From the IMG/VR virus record IMGVR_UViG_3300034053_000030, positions 1 to 41,699 of that record: 41,699 bases of DNA. The stretch is one strand, 5' to 3'. The translations under genes and the position numbers were made by a program. Below, one piece after another: positions 26,681-33,880 of the stretch; within the stretch, counting starts at the first letter, position 1, and each line of letters opens with the position of its first letter. The stretch comes from a virus. Its lineage: Duplodnaviria > Caudoviricetes. The notes beneath the pieces are model-generated. The model ran no database searches. It was not told the DNA's origin and worked only from the letters and a program-made list of their open reading frames with translations.

Positions 26681-26946
26681 TGGAGATTGACGAACGCGAT
26701 TGCCGGCACGGACTGGCAGACTCTCAGCAAGAACAGGCCGACAAACTGCGTGGAAGCCACATCAAGAGCAACTGGTTCCATGATGCTGGAGCCTATGCCC
26801 GATGCAGCTACTGCGGCCGGTACAGCGACAGCCCGAAGTCTCTTGATAAAGGCGAACATCTGTGCGAATGCGGAAAACTGCACGGATGGACCGGCTCATT
26901 TGCTGCACCAAACAAAGATTCACAATGGAGCGACGCTACTAATTGA
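26677..26946 (+). CDS. Zn-ribbon hypothetical protein
   Basis: CSYCG..CECG. Confidence 0.55.
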   Translation: MMEIDERDCRHGLADSQQEQADKLRGSHIKSNWFHDAGAYARCSYCGRYSDSPKSLDKGEHLCECGKLHGWTGSFAAPNKDSQWSDATN

Positions 26947-27224
26947 CCACCTATTCAGTAGCAATTGACAACGAGGAATCCACGAAAAAGTTTTTTAGCT
27001 ATTACCCTGACGACGGCTTTGAACTGCACGAGACCGAAGACGAGGCGAAGGCCAGAGCGCAGTACGCAATCGACATGTACAGAGACGACGCCATGGAAGG
27101 GTGGGCTGAAGAGGTTGATAGCGTTTGCTGGGGAGAACTTAGGGAATACGCCAAGGAGATTGATACTACAGCAGAGTGTGGCGCTGATTCCTGCGATTTT
27201 CGACTTGCAACTTTTGCGGCCTAA
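26943..27224 (+). CDS. acidic hypothetical protein
   Basis: FFSYYPDDGFELHETEDEA..GWAEEVDSVCWGE. Confidence 0.6.
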   Translation: MTTYSVAIDNEESTKKFFSYYPDDGFELHETEDEAKARAQYAIDMYRDDAMEGWAEEVDSVCWGELREYAKEIDTTAECGADSCDFRLATFAA

Positions 27225-27230
27225 CGCCGC

Positions 27231-27259
27231 TTGCACGATCAACAGGAGTTAGATAGAAT
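27231..27259 (+). promoter_or_regulatory. sigma70-like promoter upstream of RNA element 3
   Basis: TTGCAC-17-TAGAAT. Confidence 0.65.
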
Positions 27260-27265
27260 GGTTTC

Positions 27266-27371
27266 GCGCTTGGCAGCGTACTTTTGGCAAGACCTCAAAA
27301 CCCTAGTGCAGGTGCCAAACCTGTCTGCCAACGCCCGAAAGGGTGACTAGGGTTCTGAGGTCTTTTTTTTT
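27266..27371 (+). ncRNA. C4-antisense-like structured RNA / attenuator 3
   Basis: GCGC-TTGGCA-GCGT hairpin; stem AAGACCTCAAAACCCTAGT/ACTAGGGTTCTGAGGTCTT with CTGCCAA in the multiloop; T9. Confidence 0.65.
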
Positions 27372-27383
27372 GGACTAACAAAA

Positions 27384-27959
27384 ATGGCAAAGAAAAAGCA
27401 AGCAGTCAATCTTTCTGCAATGTGCCGTTTCACAAAAAGCGTTCTTGGTCACTCTGGAAGAATGGGCGTTAGCATTTATGACCTGACCAGCAAGGCGCTA
27501 GAGAAACAAGGCTATTTCAAAGACGGCCTTAATTCAAAACAGCACGTCGTCAAATACTCAACTGTCGTTCTGGCTGAAGTCAAAAAACTAGGCCTCAAGC
27601 CGCAGAAGATAGCGCATAGCGAATCGCCAGCCAAGTCGGCCTATAGCGGTCCCAACGTTACTACTGATGCTTTTCTGGAAAGCTACGAGTGGCGCCGGCT
27701 TCGCATGGAAGCCATTAAGAAATATGGAGCCCGCTGCCAGTGTTGCGGTGCAACTCCGGCCGATGGAATCAAGATCAACGTCGATCACATCAAGCCGCGT
27801 AAGCTGTTCCCGCACTTGGCACTGTCTCTCGACAATCTTCAGTGTTTATGCGGCCCCTGCAATCATGGCAAGGGTAATTGGGACATGACCGATTGGCGTA
27901 ACCGGGAGCCAGAAGACGCATTTCTGTTAGCTCTCGACAAAATCAAATCAAGTGCGTAA
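27384..27959 (+). CDS. HNH endonuclease
   Basis: CQCCG..VDHIKP..NLQCLCGPCNHGK. Confidence 0.9.
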   Translation: MAKKKQAVNLSAMCRFTKSVLGHSGRMGVSIYDLTSKALEKQGYFKDGLNSKQHVVKYSTVVLAEVKKLGLKPQKIAHSESPAKSAYSGPNVTTDAFLESYEWRRLRMEAIKKYGARCQCCGATPADGIKINVDHIKPRKLFPHLALSLDNLQCLCGPCNHGKGNWDMTDWRNREPEDAFLLALDKIKSSA

Positions 27960-28027
27960 GCGGATCATGGAAGACGATGGCGGCATCCAATATTGGCAAC
28001 AACTAGGACAACAAGAGGAATACGAAA

Positions 28028-28711
28028 ATGAGCGACACGACGACAAAGAAAACAGGGCTGGAACTGCTGCGAGATCCTTTCCCGCCCCACCAAATAAGCA
28101 AACTGCCCAAGGGAACAAAGGCGCAGAACGAGTGCCCGGCTTCTGAGAAGGTCAATTGCAAGGTCTGCGGTGGCTGGCATCACCCGCGAATCATTCACCT
28201 TGATTATGTCGGCCATGCGGCTTTGACCGACCGGCTGCTGGATTGTGATCCGAGTTGGAACTGGGAGCCGCTGGCTGTTGGCTCGGATGGTTATCCGGCA
28301 GTCGATAAAGATGGTGGAATGTGGATCAAGCTCACCGTCTGCGGCGTGACCCGCATTGGCTACGGGGACGCGCAAGGCAAGACTGGCGGCAACGCGGTGA
28401 AGGAACGGATCGGCGATGCACTGAGAAACGCCGCCATGCGCTTCGGTGCGGCTTTGGACCTGTGGCACAAGGGCGAACTGCACAAGGACGAACCTGAGCC
28501 GCAAGAGCCTGCCGCGCCGGTCTTTGATGGCTTGGCGTATATCAAGGCAATCAACTCGCAGCTTGATGTTTGCAAAGACGAGGCCGCACTTGATGCCGTA
28601 AAAGAAGCCGCGAAGATCATGTGCGAAGAAATGAACGACCGCCCGACCTATCAAGCAATTCTGGCGCATTACAAGACCTGCCGCGCAAAACTACTGGACA
28701 TGCCATCATGA
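28028..28711 (+). CDS. Rad52/Sak-like single-strand annealing protein
   Basis: LDYVGHAALTDRL..WNWE; KERIGDALRNAAMRFGAALDLW. Confidence 0.8.
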   Translation: MSDTTTKKTGLELLRDPFPPHQISKLPKGTKAQNECPASEKVNCKVCGGWHHPRIIHLDYVGHAALTDRLLDCDPSWNWEPLAVGSDGYPAVDKDGGMWIKLTVCGVTRIGYGDAQGKTGGNAVKERIGDALRNAAMRFGAALDLWHKGELHKDEPEPQEPAAPVFDGLAYIKAINSQLDVCKDEAALDAVKEAAKIMCEEMNDRPTYQAILAHYKTCRAKLLDMPS

Positions 28712-29202
28712 ACCTCTATCAGCTCGCTAATGACTTCACCGAACAGGCTACCAGCCTCGCCGACTTGGACCTTGACGAACAGACCATTGCCGACACCTTG
28801 GAAGGGATGATGTTCCCGGTCGAAGTCAAAGCGACCAACGTCGCCGCCTTCGTGCTGAATCTGGAATCCGACGTGGCCGCGATCAAGTCAGCCGAGGAAA
28901 AGCTCGCCGCCCGCCGCCAGTCCATCGAGAAGCGCGCCAAGCATCTCCGCGACTACCTCAAGTCGAACATGGTCCGCTGCGGCATCTCGGAAATCACCGC
29001 TAATGACAAGACCTTTGCCATCAAGCTGAAGCAGAACCCGGAGTCGGTGAAGGTCGAAGACGAAACCGCGATCCCGGCGTCCTACTTCGTTGAGAAGGTA
29101 TCGCGCTCGCTGGATAAGACGCTGGTCAAGGCGGCTATCAAGAACGGCGCCGAAGTCCCCGGCTGCCATTTAGAGCGCGGGACTCGATTGGAAATCCGCT
29201 AA
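28708..29202 (+). CDS. Siphovirus Gp157-family protein
   Basis: MNLYQLA..; NPESVKVEDETAIP; LDKTLVKAAIKNGAEVPG. Confidence 0.85.
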   Translation: MNLYQLANDFTEQATSLADLDLDEQTIADTLEGMMFPVEVKATNVAAFVLNLESDVAAIKSAEEKLAARRQSIEKRAKHLRDYLKSNMVRCGISEITANDKTFAIKLKQNPESVKVEDETAIPASYFVEKVSRSLDKTLVKAAIKNGAEVPGCHLERGTRLEIR

Positions 29203-29350
29203 TGGTCTGCCTCTTCACCCCCAAGCCAAAGCACCCAAAAGGCCCGCGCTGCGAAGGCATGACCCACCGAGGCCGGCAGCGTTGCCAGTTCGCCGGCAAG
29301 TCGATGGTCGGCGGGAAGTGGGTGTGCCATCACCATGCGAAGGAATCGAA

Positions 29351-29785
29351 ATGAAGAAGCGCGGCGCAAAGATCAAACACAAATACCGTGCCGATCCGCC
29401 CATTGTCCGCACGATCACCGACCAGGCTAATGAAATAGCCATTCGATCAGCCGTGCATGAGCTATTCATGGGCGCTGGCACCGCGCAGACGCTGGACGTG
29501 ATCCTGACGCATCTGCACTTGCTACAGTTTGGCGCCGATGTGAAGCGCGATGAACAGGCGGATACTGTGTGCGAGGTGGCAGGGATTGCGCTCGATGCGA
29601 TCCTTTGCCGGTTCCGCGACACAGGCGAAATCTCAGCCGACGACGAGGAACGCAAGGCGGTCGAAATGCTTGTCTTTGAATCGATCTGCTTCTGGAAACG
29701 GCAGAGCGGCATGACGCGCGATGCCTGCGTCTCGGCGGTCAATGACTGGTACGCACAACTGGAACAGCAACGGGAGGCAGCATGA
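29351..29785 (+). CDS. hypothetical protein
   Basis: AAGGAA SD before MKKRGAK. Confidence 0.6.
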   Translation: MKKRGAKIKHKYRADPPIVRTITDQANEIAIRSAVHELFMGAGTAQTLDVILTHLHLLQFGADVKRDEQADTVCEVAGIALDAILCRFRDTGEISADDEERKAVEMLVFESICFWKRQSGMTRDACVSAVNDWYAQLEQQREAA

Positions 29786-30282
29786 GCCTGCTATCGCTTC
29801 AAGTCGCCTGCCTAATCGGCGCCTATCGTCCGCCCCGTGCAGAAGGAGGGGACATTCATCGTCTTTATGATGAGCCTGATCCTCCTGATCTAGTCGAAGC
29901 CGATTATGCGCCAGAATGTAGGACGGGTTTCAAGGTCTGCAAAACCTGCGGTGAAGAAAAGCCGATTGAAGACTTTTACCATCGCTCTGGCAGGAACTGC
30001 CGCACATCGGTCTGCAAAGAGTGCTACAAGATCGCAACGCGCAAGCGCACGTTAGCAAGACTCGCAGCAAAAGGCGTAGCGCCAGCGCGGAAAAAGTCAT
30101 CTGAAACGAGGCTAAACATCCTCAAGGCTTTAGGGATGGATCGGCTATCAGCAAAAGCTGTTGCGGTAAAGATCGGCATTGACCCGGAGCATTGCCGGCG
30201 CTACATGGACCGACTGACCGACGAGGGTAGGTTGATCAAAGAAGGCTCTTACGGGAGCATCACTTATAGGGCTAAAAGATAA
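29782..30282 (+). CDS. Zn-finger + winged-HTH protein (candidate transcriptional regulator)
   Basis: CKTCGEEKPIEDFY..CKEC; LSAKAVAVKIGID..LTDEGRL. Confidence 0.65.
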   Translation: MSLLSLQVACLIGAYRPPRAEGGDIHRLYDEPDPPDLVEADYAPECRTGFKVCKTCGEEKPIEDFYHRSGRNCRTSVCKECYKIATRKRTLARLAAKGVAPARKKSSETRLNILKALGMDRLSAKAVAVKIGIDPEHCRRYMDRLTDEGRLIKEGSYGSITYRAKR

Positions 30283-30536
30283 TGTGCAAAGAACTGGTAG
30301 ATGCAGCAAAGGCGTTAATCGCTCGATGGGAAACGCCGCTATGGAAGGATGCTCCGGCAACTGCGGAATATATCGATAGACTTAGGCGAGCGGTGGATTC
30401 GCAGCAATCAGCGAAGACCTGCCCGCCATACTGCAATCATGGCAGGGATTGCAACGCACTAGGTCAGGCGAACGGCGTGACCACGATTAACGAAGGCAAC
30501 GGCGCATGTTCCGTTTCGCCTGCAACGGAGGGTTAG
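30282..30536 (+). CDS. hypothetical protein; C-terminus runs through attC R2
   Basis: MCKELVDAAKALIARWETP. Confidence 0.5.
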   Translation: MCKELVDAAKALIARWETPLWKDAPATAEYIDRLRRAVDSQQSAKTCPPYCNHGRDCNALGQANGVTTINEGNGACSVSPATEG

Positions 30537-30538
30537 AA
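30449..30538 (-). other. attC site R2 (90 bp)
   Basis: minus: TTCTAAC-CCTCC-GTT(G)CAGG-CGAAACGG...CCGTTCG-CCTGACC-TAGTGC-GTTGCAA. Confidence 0.75.
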
Positions 30539-30799
30539 GGCATGTGCAAATGCAGAGACTGGTGCCGTGACTGGCGCGAAAGGCAAGGCGGGAAGTACCC
30601 GGCGAGCAACCACGCGCCGGGCTGCGATGAGTACAGGCTGGAAGAGTTTGCCCGTGTTGAGCATGACGGCGCAGCTTGCACGATGGAGCCTGCCGAAGCT
30701 GCTGCGATGGTTGCGGAGAGCGACTGCAAATACACCGTGACGCCGGTATTTTTGACCCGCGACCAGTTCGAGCGCATGGGCGAATTTCATGGGTTCTAA
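30455..30799 (-). mobile_element. integron-type gene cassette R2
   Basis: Starts G^TTAGAA (30800-30794); its attC begins TTCTAAC, a perfect complement. Confidence 0.75.
30542..30799 (+). CDS. cassette R2 gene, Cys-rich hypothetical protein (85 aa)
   Basis: MCKCRDWCRD..HAPGC..; stop TAA inside ttcTAAc core. Confidence 0.7.
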   Translation: MCKCRDWCRDWRERQGGKYPASNHAPGCDEYRLEEFARVEHDGAACTMEPAEAAAMVAESDCKYTVTPVFLTRDQFERMGEFHGF

Positions 30800-30852
30800 C
30801 GCCGGAAATAACGCGCCGCCGAAGGCGGTCGCCGTTGATTGACTTGTTAGAG
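30794..30852 (-). other. attC site R1 (59 bp)
   Basis: minus: CTCTAAC-AAGTC-AAT(C)AACG-GCGACCGCC-TTC-GGCGGCG-CGTTATT-TCCGGC-GTTAGAA; classical 59-base-element layout. Confidence 0.9.
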
Positions 30853-31844
30853 GGCCGACCGTGGCAAACGTGAGACTGACCCAAATTGACGGCGCACTGC
30901 CGAACCTTGCGCTGATGAAGCTGGCGCACTGGCACCGTGCGCGCGGCGATACCGTGACGCTGACGCGGGACATTGACCGCGACCTGTTTGAGCCGGCCTA
31001 TGACGTTGTTTATGGCTCGGCGATCTTCGGGTTTTCGCAGTTGCGCCTGATGCAATTCCAGCGGCAATGGCCGGGCGCCATCGTCGGCGGCAGCGGGACG
31101 CCATACACGCACACGGCTGAAGACCTGATCGGCGGCGAGTACGAACGCCACGACTACACCGACTACCCGGAGGTTGATTACTCGATTGGTTTTACGCAGC
31201 GTGGATGCCGGCTGTCCTGTAAGTTCTGCGTCGTGCCAAAGAAGGAAGGCCGACCGCGCAGCACGAACACGATTTCCGAGATTTGGCGCGGCAAGCCGCA
31301 CCAGAAGAAACTGCATTTGCTCGACAACGACTTTTTCGGAAACCCGGAGTGGCGGGAACGGATCGCCGAGATACGCGACGGCAAGTTCCGGGTTTGCATG
31401 AGCCAAGGAATTAACGTGCGGCTGATCGACGCGGAAGCGGCGGCAGCGCTGGCGACGATTGAATACCGGGACACAAAGTTTCAGGAGCGCCGGCTTTACA
31501 CGGCATGGGACAACCTGCGCGACGAAGCGATTTTTTTCAAAGGCGTGGATATGCTCGAAGCGGCCGGCGTGCCGCCGAAGCACCTGATGGCCTACATGCT
31601 CTGCGGGTATGACAAGACCGAGACATGGGACAGGATTTGGCAGCGGTTTCACCGGATGACGGAGCGCGGGATTGCGCCCTACCCAATGGTGTTCGACAAG
31701 GCACGGAAAGACCTTGTGGCATTCCAGCGGTGGGTAGTAACCGGGCTTTACCGGGCGATCCCTTGGAACGAGTACGAAAGAGCAACGAAGTCGCCGGAAA
31801 GCTCGGCGGCATTTGCGAGGGCGGTCGAACATGCTGCCCTCTAA
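30800..31844 (-). mobile_element. integron-type gene cassette R1
   Basis: Perfect 10-bp inverted ends GTTAGAGGGC (30846-30855) / GCCCTCTAAC (31836-31845) bracket the gene. Confidence 0.8.
30861..31844 (+). CDS. radical SAM protein (cassette R1 cargo)
   Basis: FTQRGCRLSCKFCVVP (CxxxCxxC), LLDNDFF. Confidence 0.9.
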   Translation: MANVRLTQIDGALPNLALMKLAHWHRARGDTVTLTRDIDRDLFEPAYDVVYGSAIFGFSQLRLMQFQRQWPGAIVGGSGTPYTHTAEDLIGGEYERHDYTDYPEVDYSIGFTQRGCRLSCKFCVVPKKEGRPRSTNTISEIWRGKPHQKKLHLLDNDFFGNPEWRERIAEIRDGKFRVCMSQGINVRLIDAEAAAALATIEYRDTKFQERRLYTAWDNLRDEAIFFKGVDMLEAAGVPPKHLMAYMLCGYDKTETWDRIWQRFHRMTERGIAPYPMVFDKARKDLVAFQRWVVTGLYRAIPWNEYERATKSPESSAAFARAVEHAAL

Positions 31845-31958
31845 CGCAAGTTAGTCCGCAGTTCTGCTGCATAACACCATGCGAAACGGCTGATATTCTC
31901 CGCAAAGCATTGTGCCGCAAGCCTGTGGGTAAATAAACGAATCACCAAACCCTGCAAG
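31839..31958 (-). other. attI-like recombination element, right
   Basis: minus: ...GTTATGCAGCAG-N18-GTTAGAG; paralogous to 14396-14515. Confidence 0.7.
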
Positions 31959-32112
31959 TCTATTTCCCGCAACCGTACCACCTAAGCCAACAGAACGAGG
32001 AACACCACGGGCAGCGCGCCCGTGGCTTACGCCGATAGTCAGCGAGTATTACGACTTTGGCGAGCATAGGTCAGCGCCCAGAGGTGACGCCGCCATGAGG
32101 GCGAATCTGCAA

Positions 32113-32634
32113 TCATGCTGCCCTCTTTGCCGCGAAGGAATCGACGCCCTTGCCAATTTGGCGCAGCCCGGCGTAAGCCCACGGAAGCGCCAGCAGCAGC
32201 CCAAGAATCGTTGCATCAGGAGATGGCACCAGTCCGACATATGCCAATGCCGCAAGCAGGCTCACCCAAGACTGTAGCGGGCGCGTTCTCCGGACCACAA
32301 TATCCTCTGCTTGATCTCCTGTTCGGATCGTCTGCTGCGTCGTTTCGTGCTCCGCTTGCAGGTCTTGCAGCCTGGCCGTCTCCATCGCCTGCACATGCGC
32401 CCGGATGCTGGCCTCTTCCTGTATCGCCAACTCTCGGAGTTTCAGCACAGTCGCCGGATCGTTCTGGAGCGATTGCAGCGCCTTGGCGGGATCATTGGTC
32501 CCCGTGGCACTACTGACCAGCGCAACGCCAGCAGCTACGGCACCAGGCACGTTGCCGGTGATTAGCGAGCCAACCAGCGCCGCCCCAGTTCCTGCGTTTT
32601 CTTTGAGCCATCCGCCAACCTCTTTCCAGTCCAT
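32113..32634 (-). CDS. holin-like membrane protein (GTA 3TM-holin-like)
   Basis: N-terminal amphipathic segment, coiled coil, RRTRP motif then TM segments; follows endolysin. Confidence 0.65.
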   Translation of the reverse strand: MDWKEVGGWLKENAGTGAALVGSLITGNVPGAVAAGVALVSSATGTNDPAKALQSLQNDPATVLKLRELAIQEEASIRAHVQAMETARLQDLQAEHETTQQTIRTGDQAEDIVVRRTRPLQSWVSLLAALAYVGLVPSPDATILGLLLALPWAYAGLRQIGKGVDSFAAKRAA

Positions 32635-32635
32635 G

Positions 32636-33094
32636 TTAGGTTAATCCTTTCGAGTAGGTAACGACGCCATTTGCACGGGATGCGGTCAGTAACTCGACAG
32701 GCTTTGACGGGTCTTTAGATAGCGAAACATGAACCCACTGGCCGAACTCGTTTATCACTTGCTTGCAGGGGAGGCCAAGGACCATCAGCCGTTGGCAAAC
32801 GTCAATCGTCGGCACTCCTGGAACGGTAAAGTCTGCCGCCAGTCCGGCGAGGTGATCGGATTTCTTCGCCCCGCCGATTAGTTTATTGACTGCCGAAGAC
32901 CGGAAGCCGGAAGACACGACAACGGGCCGGTTATACGCTAGCCTCAGCGGTTCGAGGATATAGACGCACAGGCCGCGAAGGTTTCCAATCTGTTCTGCGT
33001 TCGGCGCGTTATCAATGCCACGACGTGCAGCTTCTTGGCTGATGATCATCTCGCCGAGCGTGAAATGTTCCGAAAGCTTTAATAGGGAATCCAT
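32636..33094 (-). CDS. endolysin, peptidase M15A family
   Basis: HFTLGEM, SSGFRS..N..IGGAKKSDH..GLAADF, WVHVS. Confidence 0.9.
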   Translation of the reverse strand: MDSLLKLSEHFTLGEMIISQEAARRGIDNAPNAEQIGNLRGLCVYILEPLRLAYNRPVVVSSGFRSSAVNKLIGGAKKSDHLAGLAADFTVPGVPTIDVCQRLMVLGLPCKQVINEFGQWVHVSLSKDPSKPVELLTASRANGVVTYSKGLT

Positions 33095-33258
33095 CGCTCC
33101 GCTTTCTTCTTTTCGCGCGGCTCAAACATCAATGCCGCCCGCTTGCATTCGTTCCTGTCGTCGCGCATCCAATCAATCGAGCGCGGGTCTTTGAAGCGCG
33201 TGCATATCGTATCGTGATAGCCGCGAGTGGAGTATTTGCAGTCGCGGCAGTCGGTCAT
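33079..33258 (-). CDS. 59-aa Cys-rich protein (not in ORF track)
   Basis: MTDCRDCKYS...ICTRF...ECKR...WIPY; fills the gap between holin and endolysin. Confidence 0.55.
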   Translation of the reverse strand: MTDCRDCKYSTRGYHDTICTRFKDPRSIDWMRDDRNECKRAALMFEPREKKKAERWIPY

Positions 33259-33261
33259 CTT

Positions 33262-33489
33262 CTAGTCTCGGCCACGAATAACGGCCGGGCACGTTTTCGC
33301 GCAATCCGGATCGTTTGCCCTTCGCGAAACCACCATCCGCCGAATCAGTAGATAAACCTGCAATATCGTATAGATCAACGTCACCACAACAAGCCAGTCT
33401 TGAACGCCATACCCGAGAAACGTCATTCCTGAAACAGTGATGGCTGGAATTGCCTTAACGCCCTCGGCGGCTTGTTGCGATGGTGTCAT
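33262..33489 (-). CDS. holin (T7 gp17.5-like)
   Basis: AAGGA SD; GYGVQDWLVVVTLIYTILQVYLLI then basic tail. Confidence 0.75.
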   Translation of the reverse strand: MTPSQQAAEGVKAIPAITVSGMTFLGYGVQDWLVVVTLIYTILQVYLLIRRMVVSRRANDPDCAKTCPAVIRGRD

Positions 33490-33499
33490 GTTGTAATCC

Positions 33500-33877
33500 T
33501 TACAGTGTCGCGGCGAGTTGAAATAAACCATGCAGTTGATCGGAAGTAACGCCCAACGAAGTCGCCATCATTATCACCTTAGGATGGTTTTCCTCAAAAG
33601 CCGTGGCGAATTCCCACCAGTCTTTCATATCCTGATCGGACACTGCGATTGCTGATTCTACCTGCGCCCGTAATCCTGATGCGGTTAATGCCTGCCGAAT
33701 CTGGCGAGGAGAAACAACGATTACAGGAACGGGGACGGGATCAGCGGGCGTAGGCGTATTCCCCGCGGCCAACCACGCCAGATAAGCGGCGTAGTCGGTA
33801 TTCCTCGGGTCAAAAGGGATACAGGCACTATCGGATTGACGAATGACTGCGTTGTGGTTGGTGAGTTTGTAGGTCAT
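33500..33877 (-). CDS. tail fibre assembly/chaperone-like protein
   Basis: [23 protein letters not shown]; [10 protein letters not shown]; follows fibre. Confidence 0.7.
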   Translation of the reverse strand: MTYKLTNHNAVIRQSDSACIPFDPRNTDYAAYLAWLAAGNTPTPADPVPVPVIVVSPRQIRQALTASGLRAQVESAIAVSDQDMKDWWEFATAFEENHPKVIMMATSLGVTSDQLHGLFQLAATL

Positions 33878-33880
33878 GAT

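Noticed and set aside
27219-27254. Possible fifth attC (GCCTAAC...GTTAGAT) after ORF 26943-27224
   Set aside because: Only 36 bp, no complementary L boxes, overlaps a promoter, and no matching core upstream of the gene
20299-27371. Cloverleaf-like elements as tRNA genes
   Set aside because: No T-loop/D-loop consensus or CCA end; long closing stems ending in U-tracts fit C4-like attenuators
30459-31832. 457-aa minus-strand ORF in the normal cassette orientation
   Set aside because: Antisense shadow of the radical SAM gene; crosses attC sites and has no recognisable motifs
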